DNA of 63,968 bases, filler included, from Dugesia japonica (Eukaryota): the NCBI GenBank assembly GCA_001938525.1. It is 6 parts of 6 records of this genome, joined end to end, with 100 filler letters (N's around TTAATTAATTAA, not from the genome) between each part and the next. Parts side by side here need not be neighbours in the genome. Positions count along the whole stretch, not along the records: positions 45,774 to 55,202 come from MQRL01593778.1; positions 55,303 to 63,968 come from MQRL01643698.1; 4 more parts are not named here. One strand, written 5' to 3'. Made by a program: the position numbers and the translations under genes. Below the pieces are notes generated by a model. That model searched no databases. It was not told the origin of the DNA and saw nothing but the letters and a program-made list of their open reading frames with translations. Within the stretch, counting starts at the first letter, position 1. Each line of letters begins with the position of its first letter. This document shows positions 52,338-63,968 of this stretch, one piece after another.

Positions 52338-55135
52338 ACCTGTTGAAAGAATTGAATATTTTATTGAAGAAACCATCAATTTGGATCTGGAAGAAGAAAC
52401 ATCAAATATTGTACAAGAAGAAGATGCAACCAATATTGAATCTGATGATTGAAACAGTTTTGAAATAATTAATGAACTTGATGAAGATGATATCGTGTTA
52501 CATGAGGTCATGGATATGGAAGAAGAAAATAATCAAGTTGGTAGATCGATAATTTATTTACAGTATTCTTACTATTACCAAACAAGATCAAGTTGTAGAA
52601 AGGAATAAAAACCGCGTAACATTATATGTAAAATACATGACGGAGCTTGTATTCGACGAAGAGGATATGCCGATGAAACTGATTGATATACCACAATTTG
52701 AGGAGAATAATCCAGGACTATCCAACAATGTCCTATCGTGGAGCCAACAATCAGTGGAGGATGAAGAAGATGAAGTCATCGTTAAACATCCAAATTTGGA
52801 TATAATACGCATGTCAAAAGTGATAGATGGAAAGAAAATATACTTGTTATTACTTTAAAATAACAATAAATTTCATTACACAGCAGTAATGAGTTTAAAT
52901 CGACTAATGAACCGGGATAATAAAAGACAGGGTGTTCGTATTCAATCAACATGGTGTTCTAACTGTTTTAACGGGTTCAAAAATAGAGTAGCTTATGAGA
53001 AACATGAACCAATTTGCGAAAAGGTCCAGGCAGGTACCACCATGTATACGATGTCATCGGAGAAGAACTTGATGTTTAAAGATTATTGAAAAACTATAAC
53101 ACTACTTTTTGTTATATATGCAGACTTTGAGTCGGTTTTACCTCCAGATGAGANNNNNNNNNNNNNNNNNNNNNNNNNNNNNNNNNNNNNNNNNNNNNNN
53201 NNNTTTTGTTATATATGCAGACTTTGAGTCGGTTTTACCTCCAGATGAGAAGCATTTCCAGAAACATTTACCCGTTTTGGCTGGTCTGCTGTTGATAAAT
53301 AATTTTACCAACAAATCAACATATAGTCAGTTTATTGGAGATGACTGTGTGTATAGGTTTTTAAAGGCTGTGGAAAAAATAAGTGAAAACACTGTGTTTC
53401 CTTATTATGAAACAAAAGGAAAAATGAAAATAATAGTAACAAAAGATCAAGATGATGAATTCAGAGCTGCAAAAATTTGTTACTTATGTTATTTATGCAA
53501 GAAGGAAATAAGAGATCCCGTTTGTGACCACGACCATTTCACCGGGAAATATAGAGGAGCAGCATGTAGCCAATGCCATTTAATTAGACAATTGCATATC
53601 CAGCTACCAGTGGTCTTTCATAATTTACGAGGATATTATCTTCATCATATCCTCAAGTATGGTATTAACAAGTTCAAGAATTGGGTAATATAATGCATTC
53701 CAACAACATCAGAAATATTTCTGTTTAATTGTACGTCAAAATAAAACAACAATTAAATTCCTTGACAGTTATCAGTTCATAAATTCATCATTGGATTCTG
53801 CTGTCAAATCCTGAAAAGTGACACCTTTATTACCAAGGGGTTTAAGAATCAGATCATTACCAAGTCAAAAGGGATATTTCCATACAGTTTTGTAACGAGC
53901 TTACAGGTTTGGAAGAAACATAATAAGTGCCACCAAAATGGGAGGATGTTAGTAGAGAAGATTATAAAAAGACATTATCGATGTGGGAAATATTCAGCTG
54001 TATAAATTTGCTGGACTATATGAGGTTTTATAATTTTAAAGCTGGATGTTTATTTATTAGCTGACGTTTTCCAGAAATTCCGTCCAAAGTCTTTAGCACA
54101 CAACAACTTGGAGCCGTTGAATTTCTTCGGAGTACCTAGAATGTCATGGGCATCTGCGTTGATGTCATTAGAAAAGCCAATTGAGTTGCTCCAAGATAAC
54201 GATATGTATAACTTTTTCGAAGGAGGTATAAGAGAAGGGTTAACATCCGTTAACAAGTATTATGTTGCCACTAGTGAAAATGCTGACTTGTGGTATATAG
54301 ATATAAATAATCAATATGGTTGGGCACTTAGTCAAAAGTTACACTTTGCAAATTTTGAATGGATCTATGATGGATTAGATAGGGCTTTTGAAGAGTGTAA
54401 GAATGCAGATCTAGATTCATTACCATATGGATACATTCTAGAGGTAAACATGGGGATTGCAGCAGAAATTCATGATTATTTGAATGATTTGCCAGTCGCA
54501 GCAGAATATAGAAGCGCTCCAGGTTGTAAAGTGAAGAAATTAATGTTAACGTACTACTCCAAGAACAATTACGTAGTGCACTGGAGATTGTTGCAGATGT
54601 ATTTAAGTTTAAGAATTAAAGTGATAGAGGTTCATCGTGAAGTTAAATTCAGCCAGGCGTCAATATTTGAGAATTATATCAACAACAACACAATTCTCAG
54701 ATCAAATTGTATAAAAGAATTGGAAAGAAATTATTATAAACTGTTAAATAACAGGATCAATCTGCGCTTATGAAATTTGGCGAAGAAGCTTATTATATAT
54801 ACATAAAAAGCGGAGTTTAAGAAAACAACAAAAATTGATGATCATTTGATAGCTGTTCTTCTCAATAAGGAAATAGTTTGCTTAGATCGTCCGAGCTACA
54901 TAGGACAAACTGTACTTGACCTCTCAAATTTGAGAATGTACAAACTTCAGTACATTGAGTTTGACTAGTATAGGAAGGAATTTAAATGTAAAATTAATAT
55001 TGTAGCTCGTGATACAAATAGTTTTTTCTAGAAATAAAAAATACTAAATTAGAAATAATAACAGCAAGTATGGTGAGAGATCAGCTACTTGATACTTCGA
55101 ATTATTATAAAGATCATATCCTTTATAGTTGTTAG
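52335..55135 (+). pseudogene. Maverick protein-primed DNA polymerase B (copy 2) with an endonuclease VII-like insert
   Basis: Motifs VIYADFES, CYLC...DHDHFTGKYRGAACSQC, VVFHNLRGY, KGIFPY, YIDINNQYGWA, YYKLLNN and PSYIGQTVLDLS. Confidence 0.93.
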
Positions 55136-55333
55136 GTAAATCTTCAATTGTTGATTCATTTTGAAAATCAGAACTCATATTGTTAGAAATTTTTTATTTT
55201 ACNNNNNNNNNNNNNNNNNNNNNNNNNNNNNNNNNNNNNNNNNNNNTTAATTAATTAANNNNNNNNNNNNNNNNNNNNNNNNNNNNNNNNNNNNNNNNNN
55301 NNAAATAAAGAATTTTCAAAAAAAGAATTATTA

Positions 55334-55410
55334 TTGTATCCGAAGATGACAGTTATGCTTTCGAAACATGAAATCCACAAATATATATTGAAATGGCGTT
55401 TAAACGTTTT
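55334..55410 (+). mobile_element. Penelope 3' terminal repeat with decayed hammerhead
   Basis: TTGTAT-CCGAAGA-T-GACAG...TC-GAAACATG followed by AATATATATTGAAATGGCGTTT, as in the other copies. Confidence 0.7.
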
Positions 55411-55559
55411 TATTAAAAGATTGTCATTGTTCTTTGATTATTTACTAATATTATTTTAATTATTATTCAAATTAAATTAAATTAAATTAAATTATTATTA
55501 AATTATTATTAATAAGATTTCATAATTCAAAATAAATTATCAGACAGGTTTTTATAGGT

Positions 55560-55800
55560 TTTGTTAAAATTTTTAATTAATGTTATTTGTTTAGAAGAAT
55601 GCATATTGATAACAATCTCAATAAATGAGAACACTTTTAAATTGAAATAATTTCATGTGTAAAGATTTTTTATTTTTATGCTCAGCAATATTACTACCAC
55701 CACCAAGCCGATTATGCTTCTGAACCCTTGTCTAAAGATAATGGTTCGTAATATTCGAAATAATTTGGTAATTCTATTATTTTATAGGTTTATAAAAAAT
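55560..55800 (-). mobile_element. Decayed Penelope GIY-YIG fragment
   Basis: RVQKHNRLGGGSNIAEHK corresponds to RIQEYSRLSSRSNIAGD. Confidence 0.55.
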
Positions 55801-56009
55801 TTTAATACATTTTAAATTTAAAAAATTTTAAAATTTTTGAAAAACGTATTTTTTCGATTTTTATATGCTTTAAAAAATATAATGATATAAAAATATTTAT
55901 TAGAATCAAATAATTTTTAAAATTATTATTGATTATAGCCATCTTATATTCAGTATAATTGTTTGAATCTATGTTTAAATAATACAGACTGCATAAAATC
56001 ATTTATTTC

Positions 56010-56063
56010 ATTTTTGTCTGATGATGACACCAGGTTGATTTGTCGAAATATATAACAATAAAA
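56010..56063 (+). ncRNA. Minimal type I hammerhead ribozyme with an intact core
   Basis: UUGU-CUGAUGA-U-GACA(11 nt)UGUC-GAA-AUAUAU-A^ACAA; predicted cleavage after 56054. Confidence 0.75.
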
Positions 56064-57087
56064 TTTTATTTTAAATGGTGTTAGTCATTTATTATTATTA
56101 CATTTATTATTATTATTAATAAAAATACTATAAAAAATATAGTAGAAATTAAACTTAATGACGTCATTCAAACAGAATATTTTAATGTATTTATTAACAA
56201 TTAATAAAATACGAAAATATTTATAGAAAAATCTGCGAAGGAATGTCTTAGAGCAAATTTTAATTTAATACGAAATCTTTATCACCATATAATAATAAAA
56301 CTTGTAATAATTGGTCAGTCAAGCATAGAAAAAACTCAGTTCAGTTTGATGAATAATATCAATTACTCGCTCATTCATTTGGAATATTTTATTGATTCTT
56401 TTATCAAATCTCATTAAACACTATAGGAGAAATATTTGTCATCTTTTTTTGTATTTTAGAAAATTTTAGAAATTTTTAGAAAATATGTCTGCAAAGTAGA
56501 AATGTATGATTTAAATATTTTATTGTCAAAATAAATTTATAAATTCAAATAATAATCGGAATAATTTATTGATTAATGACTTCCGATTTTATTTTAATGA
56601 TGTCATAACATCTACATATTTTGATTTCCAATACAATGGTTAGGAATTCAATTGGTGTAAATTCTCCGGAAAGGAATTTTAGGATATTAATATAATGCTA
56701 TGATTCACTTGCCATAAAATTTATGATTTTGTTCACTAGGTACTGTATTATACAGTCATTTAAAGTAAACGTTTTCACAGTTAAAGAGTTTTGTAAAAAC
56801 CAAAATCAACTGAAGTTTGAAGGTTTTATTTAAAAACTATATGGTCGGTGTAAAAATTCTTAGCCAAGAATATTTTTAATATTAATGGAATGGAAGACTT
56901 GATTTCACTGACACTATCAAACACAAATTTGAGTATCGTATCCCAGAGACATAATGTGTCAACCTTTACCTTTATCAGAAAAGTGCAGAAATAGTTTGTG
57001 AAACTGTTTCAGAATTAGCATTTGTAAAATCTATACTTAATTTAAATTTTATGTCTGACTTTCTAATATATATTGTTTGTTTATGAA

Positions 57088-57785
57088 AGTAGTGGGATAG
57101 TAGCGCACAAGCACATTTAATTTTTATCACCCCTCCCCCCTCCCCGGGGGGCACGGAAACCGCTTATGATTGTGTTAAGATTTTTGTGCTTGTTTTTTTT
57201 CTAAGATTTTTGGGATCAAATTTTTTTTGATCACATCAGATTTTTTTGATCCTGAAAGTAGGTGTGTTTTTTTAATTTTTATCATTTGTGTGTGTTTGGG
57301 TTACTAATAGGGTTAATTTAAAGTAGATCAAGTTGAGTTTGTGTGCGTGTGTGTAAAAAGACAATTGGAGTAGAGGGAGGGTTGGAGATCTTGGAAATAA
57401 TGTTTTGGCGGTTTTAATAATTTGGTTGTGGTTGGACAATAATTCTGTCTATACATTGTCTAAAGGACTTATGAGATGATATGGGTGGTTTTTCTTAGAA
57501 GTGTGGTAGCGCACAACCACAGGCGTATAAGTTATTGTTGGGTGATTTTTGGAAGAGTGTAGGTTTGTAAGGAGTTGTTGGGTTTTGATGAATGATGGGT
57601 TAATTGAAAGATAATGTGATATGAAAGATTTTGGGTGTCAATTGTGCTGTAATTTCTGATTGGTTGTGGTCAAATTTGATTGTTTGATATTTGTAAGTAG
57701 GATAAGTGTGTTAAAACAAATTCGAGAGGGGAAAGTGATATGAATTGAAAGATAATTAATTATCCGATTTTTTATTTATTTGAAA
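57088..57785 (+). mobile_element. Maverick left terminal arm
   Basis: Starts AGTAGTGGGATAGTAGCGCACAA followed by a C-run; the distal part matches 48780-48900. Confidence 0.8.
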
Positions 57786-58034
57786 GGCTAAAAATAAGTT
57801 TAATTGGTTAAAATATTAATAATTCAATATTTTTTATGTTACAAGTTGATGATTAATTGGTTAATAAAGCACATTAGAAGGTCTATTGTCAAAGGAATTT
57901 TCTATATTAAGCTGAAAATATGTGAATAGTTAACCGGTTATTGGTTGTAAAGTATGTATTTAGTTTGAATTATAAAGCTAGCTATTTGAGATAAATTATG
58001 AACTGATTAAATCGTTACATTAATAATCAATAGG

Positions 58035-58225
58035 TAAATGATGATAACGAGTTTTCTGTATGTTAAGAGCTGTTGATAGCGAGTATTGTGTTGGTATAGC
58101 TGTTGTTAGTAAGTATTGTAAATGTTAAGACTTAATGGTAGCGAGCATGATGTTTTAAGACTTGATGATAGTAGGAGTTGTGTATGTCAAGAGCTGTTGG
58201 TAACGAATATTGTGTATGTTTAGAT
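58035..58225. repeat. Degenerate ~35-38-bp tandem repeat
   Basis: The unit GTATGTTAAGAGCTGTTGATAGCGAGTATTGT recurs about five times. Confidence 0.7.
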
Positions 58226-60954
58226 ATATTCCCATATAATTTTAACAATTGAAATCAATTTTTACCAAGTAATTGTATGAAAAAACTAGTGGGTCATGAA
58301 CCTTGTTAGTATTAGAATCAATAATTTTCATTTATTAACTTCCTTGAGTAATATTAGAATGTCGAGTGAGTAGCATGCACATTGCACTATTCTCAAAATT
58401 GTACTGGACACATACTTTGTATGTTATGCAACATATTATTCATTCATCTTGCATATTTCATGTACATTTCATAAAATGTTTTAATACTTCTTTACAATTA
58501 TAATTTTTTTAATTTCTCTTTCGACTTGGTTCATTTTGATAATAACTTTGAATTGAAATAGTGACTTATTTTACGAAACCTGGTGTTTATATATGTTGCG
58601 TTTTCACGAATTTAAAAAGATGTTATTTCTATAGGGGCACACTCGTGAAAACCACAAGTATTTTAATGTCGTGTGTCCCTTACAAGTTCTCCGTTTGGTT
58701 CCGGTGAGTCTTTTTTTAACGGGAGTGCTGTAACCGACCTTTTAGTTTGGGTCCATTGGACCAGAGTGTTAGTCTGTCTTAGGAATATATTGTTTCTATT
58801 TATGTGCAATTCATTATTATCAGGACCTCAGTAACGTTTAAAAAAAATAATAATAATAAATGCAATTTTGTATCATGTATCGCTTTATCATATTTATCAT
58901 CTTTACAAATTTAAACTTAGGTAAAAAATTGATGATAAATCAGTAATTCATATCATTTATTTATCCTCAATTCATTTATACATTAATGAGTAAAATAATA
59001 ACTCAGCTTGATATTCAGAACTTTATTATTTTCATAACTGCTCTACACAANTAAAATAAAATTATCACTAGTTCACAAAAAATAGAAGCTGCATGAAGAT
59101 CTACGCAAACATCTCATAACTCTTTTTAATTTCACGAAGGATAATCTGACCACTATCAGTACAGTCTGTTTCTTTTGATTCTTCTCATAACAATTCGTAA
59201 AATTCAATTGATTACCATCATAAATTTTATCNNNNNNNNNNNNNNNNNNNNNNNNNNNNNNNNNNNNNNNNNNNNNNNNNNTATACATTAATGAGTAAAA
59301 TAATAACTCAGCTTGATATTCAGAACTTTATTATTTTCATAACTGCTCTACACAACTAAAATAAAATTATCACTAGTTCACAAAAAATAGAAGCTGCATG
59401 AAGATCTACGCAAACATCTCATAACTCTTTTTAATTTCACGAAGGATAATCTGACCACTATCAGTACAGTCTGTTTCTTTTGATTCTTCTCATAACAATT
59501 CGTAAAATTCAATTGATTACCATCATAAATTTTATCTTAAGATTTATTTCTTACATTATTATTTTATTTCAAATGGTTTATTTTTCCCATTTCTAATTTT
59601 ATTTATTAAATTTAAGATTCATTTTCATTTATCCAACACCTTATTCAAAATTTTATTTTTCTAATTTTAANNNNNNNNNNNNNNNNNNNNNNNNNNNNNN
59701 NNNNNNNNNNNNNNNNNNNNGTTTAACAACAATTTCTGAAATACTAAGGTTAATTGGATAATTAATAAAAACATTCTTTTTTCAAAAGTCTTTCTCTTAA
59801 TCTTGACCATCTAAATAATTTCTATACAATTCGAGCAATATTTGCAACTGCGAGAAGCATTTCAAGCCTTCACAATCAATTCATTACAACTTTTACAAAT
59901 CATCTAATTATTAACTTCATNNNNNNNNNNNNNNNNNNNNNNNNNNNNNNNNNNNNNNNNNNNNNNNNNNNNNNNNNNNNNNNNNNNNNNNNNNNNNNNN
60001 NNNNNNNNNNNNNNNNNNNNNNNNNNNNNNNNNNNNNNNNNNNNNNNNNNNNNNNNNNNNNNTAATTTTCAAATTATTTAAACATTTAATATTTGTAATG
60101 TTATTATTATGAATGCTTATTAAACATTATTTTTTTTAAATTAATAAATACCTTGTATGGATTCTTCAAATAATTTTTTTTTAAATTTATAAATTTTTTG
60201 GATAAATTCTTGGATTAATTCTTGAATAAATTCTTCAACTAACTTGGATAAATTTTTCAAACAATAATAATAATAACAAATCTAATAATAATATCGATAA
60301 TAATTTTGTATAAATCGAGTAAATCATAATAAATCTACTTATAAATAATAACAATAATGATAAAATAATACCACTACTACATATAATAATCTAACTCATC
60401 ATACAAAAAATTTTTTCCAAACTCATTCCAATATTAATAAATTCGTAAAACCATATCTCACAATCGTCATCTCCTTTTATACCCTTATCTCCTTGATCTG
60501 CTCAATTTTAATTTTATTAATATTTTTGTTCTAACCCAAAATATACTTGCTGCGATACATACATACTCGTTATTTGTTAGTTTCTATTTGGTGTTACCTG
60601 TTTTAAAGAAAATGAATGGTTATTATTGATTTTGATTTATATGATTGAGTGAAATTTGTATTAAATGAAATAATTTATATATTCTAAAATTATATATTCA
60701 TGAACACTGCGTAAACATGCATTGTCCATAACGCGAGCATGCATTGTGCGTGATCAGAGTATGCATTTAAATAGTGACCTTTTATTACTTGGTTGCTATG
60801 CAAATAATACACTCATTAACACTATATAATGATAAAAATATTCTCTTCTAAGTTTTTATATAGACTTATTAGTTATATATGGAAAGGTTCCATGAATTTA
60901 TGATTTTTGTGAAAGAAGTTCTATGTTTTTATAATTTTTCAAAGAAAGGGTCTT

Positions 60955-61230
60955 AGCTAATATGTTTTTTTATAAACCAACGTAAGTATTAATGAAAACC
61001 TGTCACTACTAATATGTTTTTTGATGAAATATTGCATTATCAATATGTTATTTAATGGAAAATTATCACTAACATGTTTTTTAATAGCAAATTGCATCAC
61101 CAATATGCTTTTTAATGGAACGTTGATTGCCACGTTAATATGTATGTTTATATAAAGTAGTGACTAGTAATATGCTTTTCTATAGAAAATTACGTAGCTA
61201 ATATGTTAGCTTTATGAAAATAATTCTATG
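60955..61230. repeat. Degenerate ~31-bp tandem repeat
   Basis: Recurring AATATGTTTTTTAATGGAAAATTGCATCAC-like unit. Confidence 0.65.
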
Positions 61231-61359
61231 TTTTTATCCTTTTGTAAAGGAAAGTTTTAATTTGTATATTTTATCATGTAAATATCACAAAGACTACCGT
61301 CTTTGAAATTTTCTTTTCATAGATATATTTTATCATGTTAATTAAACTTAAATATTAGA

Positions 61360-62303
61360 TGGTCCAATATCAAAATATGAAGACTGTCCAATTTCTTGCA
61401 ATAATGTCATAGATATCAAGACTGTCCAATGTCAAACATAAATATCAGGACTTTCAAAAAAATCAATACTGACCAATTCTTGCAAAAATATCAAGACTGG
61501 CCCGTATACTACAAAATATGAAGACTATTCCAATGTTTTTAAAAAATGAATACAATATGGATGCAATATAAATGCAATACAGCAACACAATGCTGGAAAT
61601 TTTATTGATTTTTAAAATAAATTCAATAGGTACTCAACTCAGATGCAACAAAGCTGCAACACCCATACACTGAAAATCACGTGCCTGTGAATTTTTTTAC
61701 TGCTTCAATCTCTTTCAAAAATATCAAGACTGTTTATCTACTGCAAAATATCAATACTGACCCATCCTATTCAAAATAAAGAGACTCCCAATCCTAGAAA
61801 CTCTCCCATACCATGACAAATATAGAGATTCTTTCATCTTAGTGATCCCTGATTCTAGAGACTCCCTCATACCATGCAAAATATAGATAATCATTTATCT
61901 TAGAGACTTCCTCATCCTAGAGACTCCCCTCATCCCATGCAAAATATCAAAACTGTCCCATCACTTATATAAATATAAAGTTTTCTTAAAAAAATTAATT
62001 TCCCCCCACCCAAAAATATTTTTTAAATTTCCCGCAAAAAAATCCTTAAATTTCCCACCAAAAAAGTTTTCTCTCCAAAAATATCAAAAAATACAAAAAA
62101 TACTCAAAAAATACTCAAAAATACATCAATTTTACAAAAATAACATTAATTTTAATTAATTAATCATTTAAAGCAAAATACAGCATTTAACGAAAATTAA
62201 TATTTCACAAAATTGTTACGTTATACCCACCGTGCTGAAAAATTTCAAAAAAATCTTTAAAAATCTGATAATTAATTCTCTTTCAATCCATAACATCTTC
62301 CCT
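61360..62303 (-). mobile_element. Maverick inverted (right-arm) subterminal region with AAAATATCAAGACTG subrepeats; outer terminus missing
   Basis: Reverse complement of 48835-49450, e.g. CAACTCAGATGCAACA and AAAATCACGTGCCT. Confidence 0.75.
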
Positions 62304-62700
62304 TGTATATGCATAATTCACTATATTTTGGATCATTACATGATCGCTCAAACTCCGCTCAGATACAAACATCTTTAGACTGGTTGATATTGCACTCTGT
62401 GTTTCTACGAGATCACATCACACTTTACCGAAATAATACCTTAGATTAATTACAACGTGAGGATTCGTAAGACCCTTTGACTCACGATCCTACAGGCAGA
62501 AAAATGCAAAGGACGATTTTGAAAGAGAAAGTTCATATAAAATGAAAAGAAAATGAAAGAAACAACTAGTTCATATTTTATAAAGTTTTCATTTGAAATT
62601 GTTGAAAACTAGTGACACATACTAGAGGTTATTCAGATTGAATATTTTTGGCTTATATGAATTATATTGACTAATTTTAATTCAAATCCCTCATAATTAT

Positions 62701-63402
62701 TGTTAGATATAATATTTAAACCTATTTGTTTAAATATTATTGATTTATTATAATTTTAATAAACTTTGAAAATGTCTACTTTTGAATTACAAAATCTAAC
62801 TGGTGACCATGTAGAAGTTAGTACCATTACTCGGCAAATGAAAGAAGACAGACAAAAGATTTTTAAAAATCTTCCACAAGCTACGCAAGAAATGCTGATT
62901 CCGAAGCCTACATTCTTTGATGGCTCTTCAGATACTGTAGAAGATTGGATGCAACCTACTAAGGAATTTGCCATATTTAATCAAATGGGGATTTCTTTTG
63001 CATTTGACATGCTATTACGAGGCGATGCCAAGGAATTGTNGCAAGAAACGAACGCAAACGAAGATTTCAATTCAAATGAAAAGTGCGAAACTTGGTTTCG
63101 ATCAACATTTATAAAGGTAAATCTTTGGTTGACAAAATTACAGATCTATCATCAGTTAAACAAAGAATTGATGAAAAATATCGGAATATCGAAATAAGAG
63201 TAAAAATGTTTGTTCACGATAAATTATTCTGGAATCCCTAAACCACGAAGGATCAAGTGGCTAAAAAAACCGATGTTCAAAAATATTAAAAAAGAGGGAT
63301 GTTAGATATAATATTTAAACATATTTGTTTAAATATTATTGATTTATTATAATTTTAATAAACTTTGATAAAAAATTTTCTTTTGAATTACAAAATCTAA
63401 CT
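62701..63402 (+). mobile_element. Miniature LTR retroelement (TRIM-like or internally deleted Ty3/gypsy)
   Basis: LTRs at 62701-62801 and 63300-63402 (TGTTAGA...TCTAACT); PBS TGGTGACC; PPT AAAAAAGAGGGA; gag-like PKPTFFDGSSDTVEDW; flanks ATTAT/ATTAA. Confidence 0.85.
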
Positions 63403-63879
63403 ATTAAGGAAAAACGAAAACATTTCTTGTAGTATAAAATTTAGCTTATTTTTATAGAAAAAGAAATTGGTTTTGAATAACAAGATAAAATAAACTGGAT
63501 GTATTGGGATTTTGAATATATCTAATTGGTACAAAATATCAAATTTCTATTTTATGTAAATGTTGCATTTATTTGAATTGAACCCTTGGACCATCCTTTA
63601 AGTTTTCATGACATGAAATATCATGCCAAATAGCTTCCTTGGAGAATCAAACAATCATTTCAATAGAAATCTTAAATTAATTCCCTTTATAAACTATTTA
63701 ATTAATCTAATTGATTTGCTTTATTTTTTGTTTGAATGTACAATTTTCGCATATTAATTGAAGGCGCTTAGATCAAAACAAACTATCAACAAGTAAATTA
63801 CAAATAATTTACATCTTTTTCTTAATTATTATAAAAACTAAAAAAAGAAGATTAAAATTCATTTGAAAAAAATCTTATT

Positions 63880-63911
63880 ATCATTATTATTACGATAATA
63901 TTAATATTAAT

Positions 63912-63968
<57 letters not shown>
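63880..63968. repeat. (AAT)n microsatellite
   Basis: Direct inspection. Confidence 0.95.

Noticed and set aside
14525-55258. TTAATTAATTAA embedded in N runs (14525, 22859, 31340, 45718, 55247)
   Set aside because: Palindromic six-frame-stop linker added during scaffolding. It is not biological, and adjacency across these joins is uncertain.
58685-58785. Possible twister-like ribozyme on the minus strand (UAACACU...GGUUAC)
   Set aside because: The required P2/P4 stems and pseudoknot partners could not be formed.

Overview
AT-rich eukaryotic (animal) genomic DNA from a gapped draft assembly. It has (AAT)n microsatellites, ~50-bp introns and five artificial N-TTAATTAATTAA-N contig joins. The transposon mix is compatible with a planarian-type flatworm, but that is inference. 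Most of the window is decayed mobile DNA: a Maverick/Polinton (adintovirus-like) remnant (A32-type ATPase, integrase-chromodomain, penton, two pPolB copies), several AGTAGT-type Maverick termini and a 507-bp palindromic Maverick-ended MITE with a 6-bp TSD. It also holds a foldback/Mutator-like element with a 9-bp TSD, Penelope-like GIY-YIG fragments ending in minimal hammerhead ribozymes, NeSL-like non-LTR pieces (Ulp1 protease, restriction-like endonuclease), a 0.7-kb mini LTR element, mariner/Tc1/pogo remnants and a decayed 28S rRNA fragment. Two host-like genes are visible: four minus-strand exons of an SLC16 monocarboxylate transporter, and an intact intronless 357-aa ORF with a gapless 82-aa tandem domain and two AT-hooks. 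The 357-aa ORF is the most unexplained element. All alignments were done by eye, so boundaries of decayed elements are approximate.
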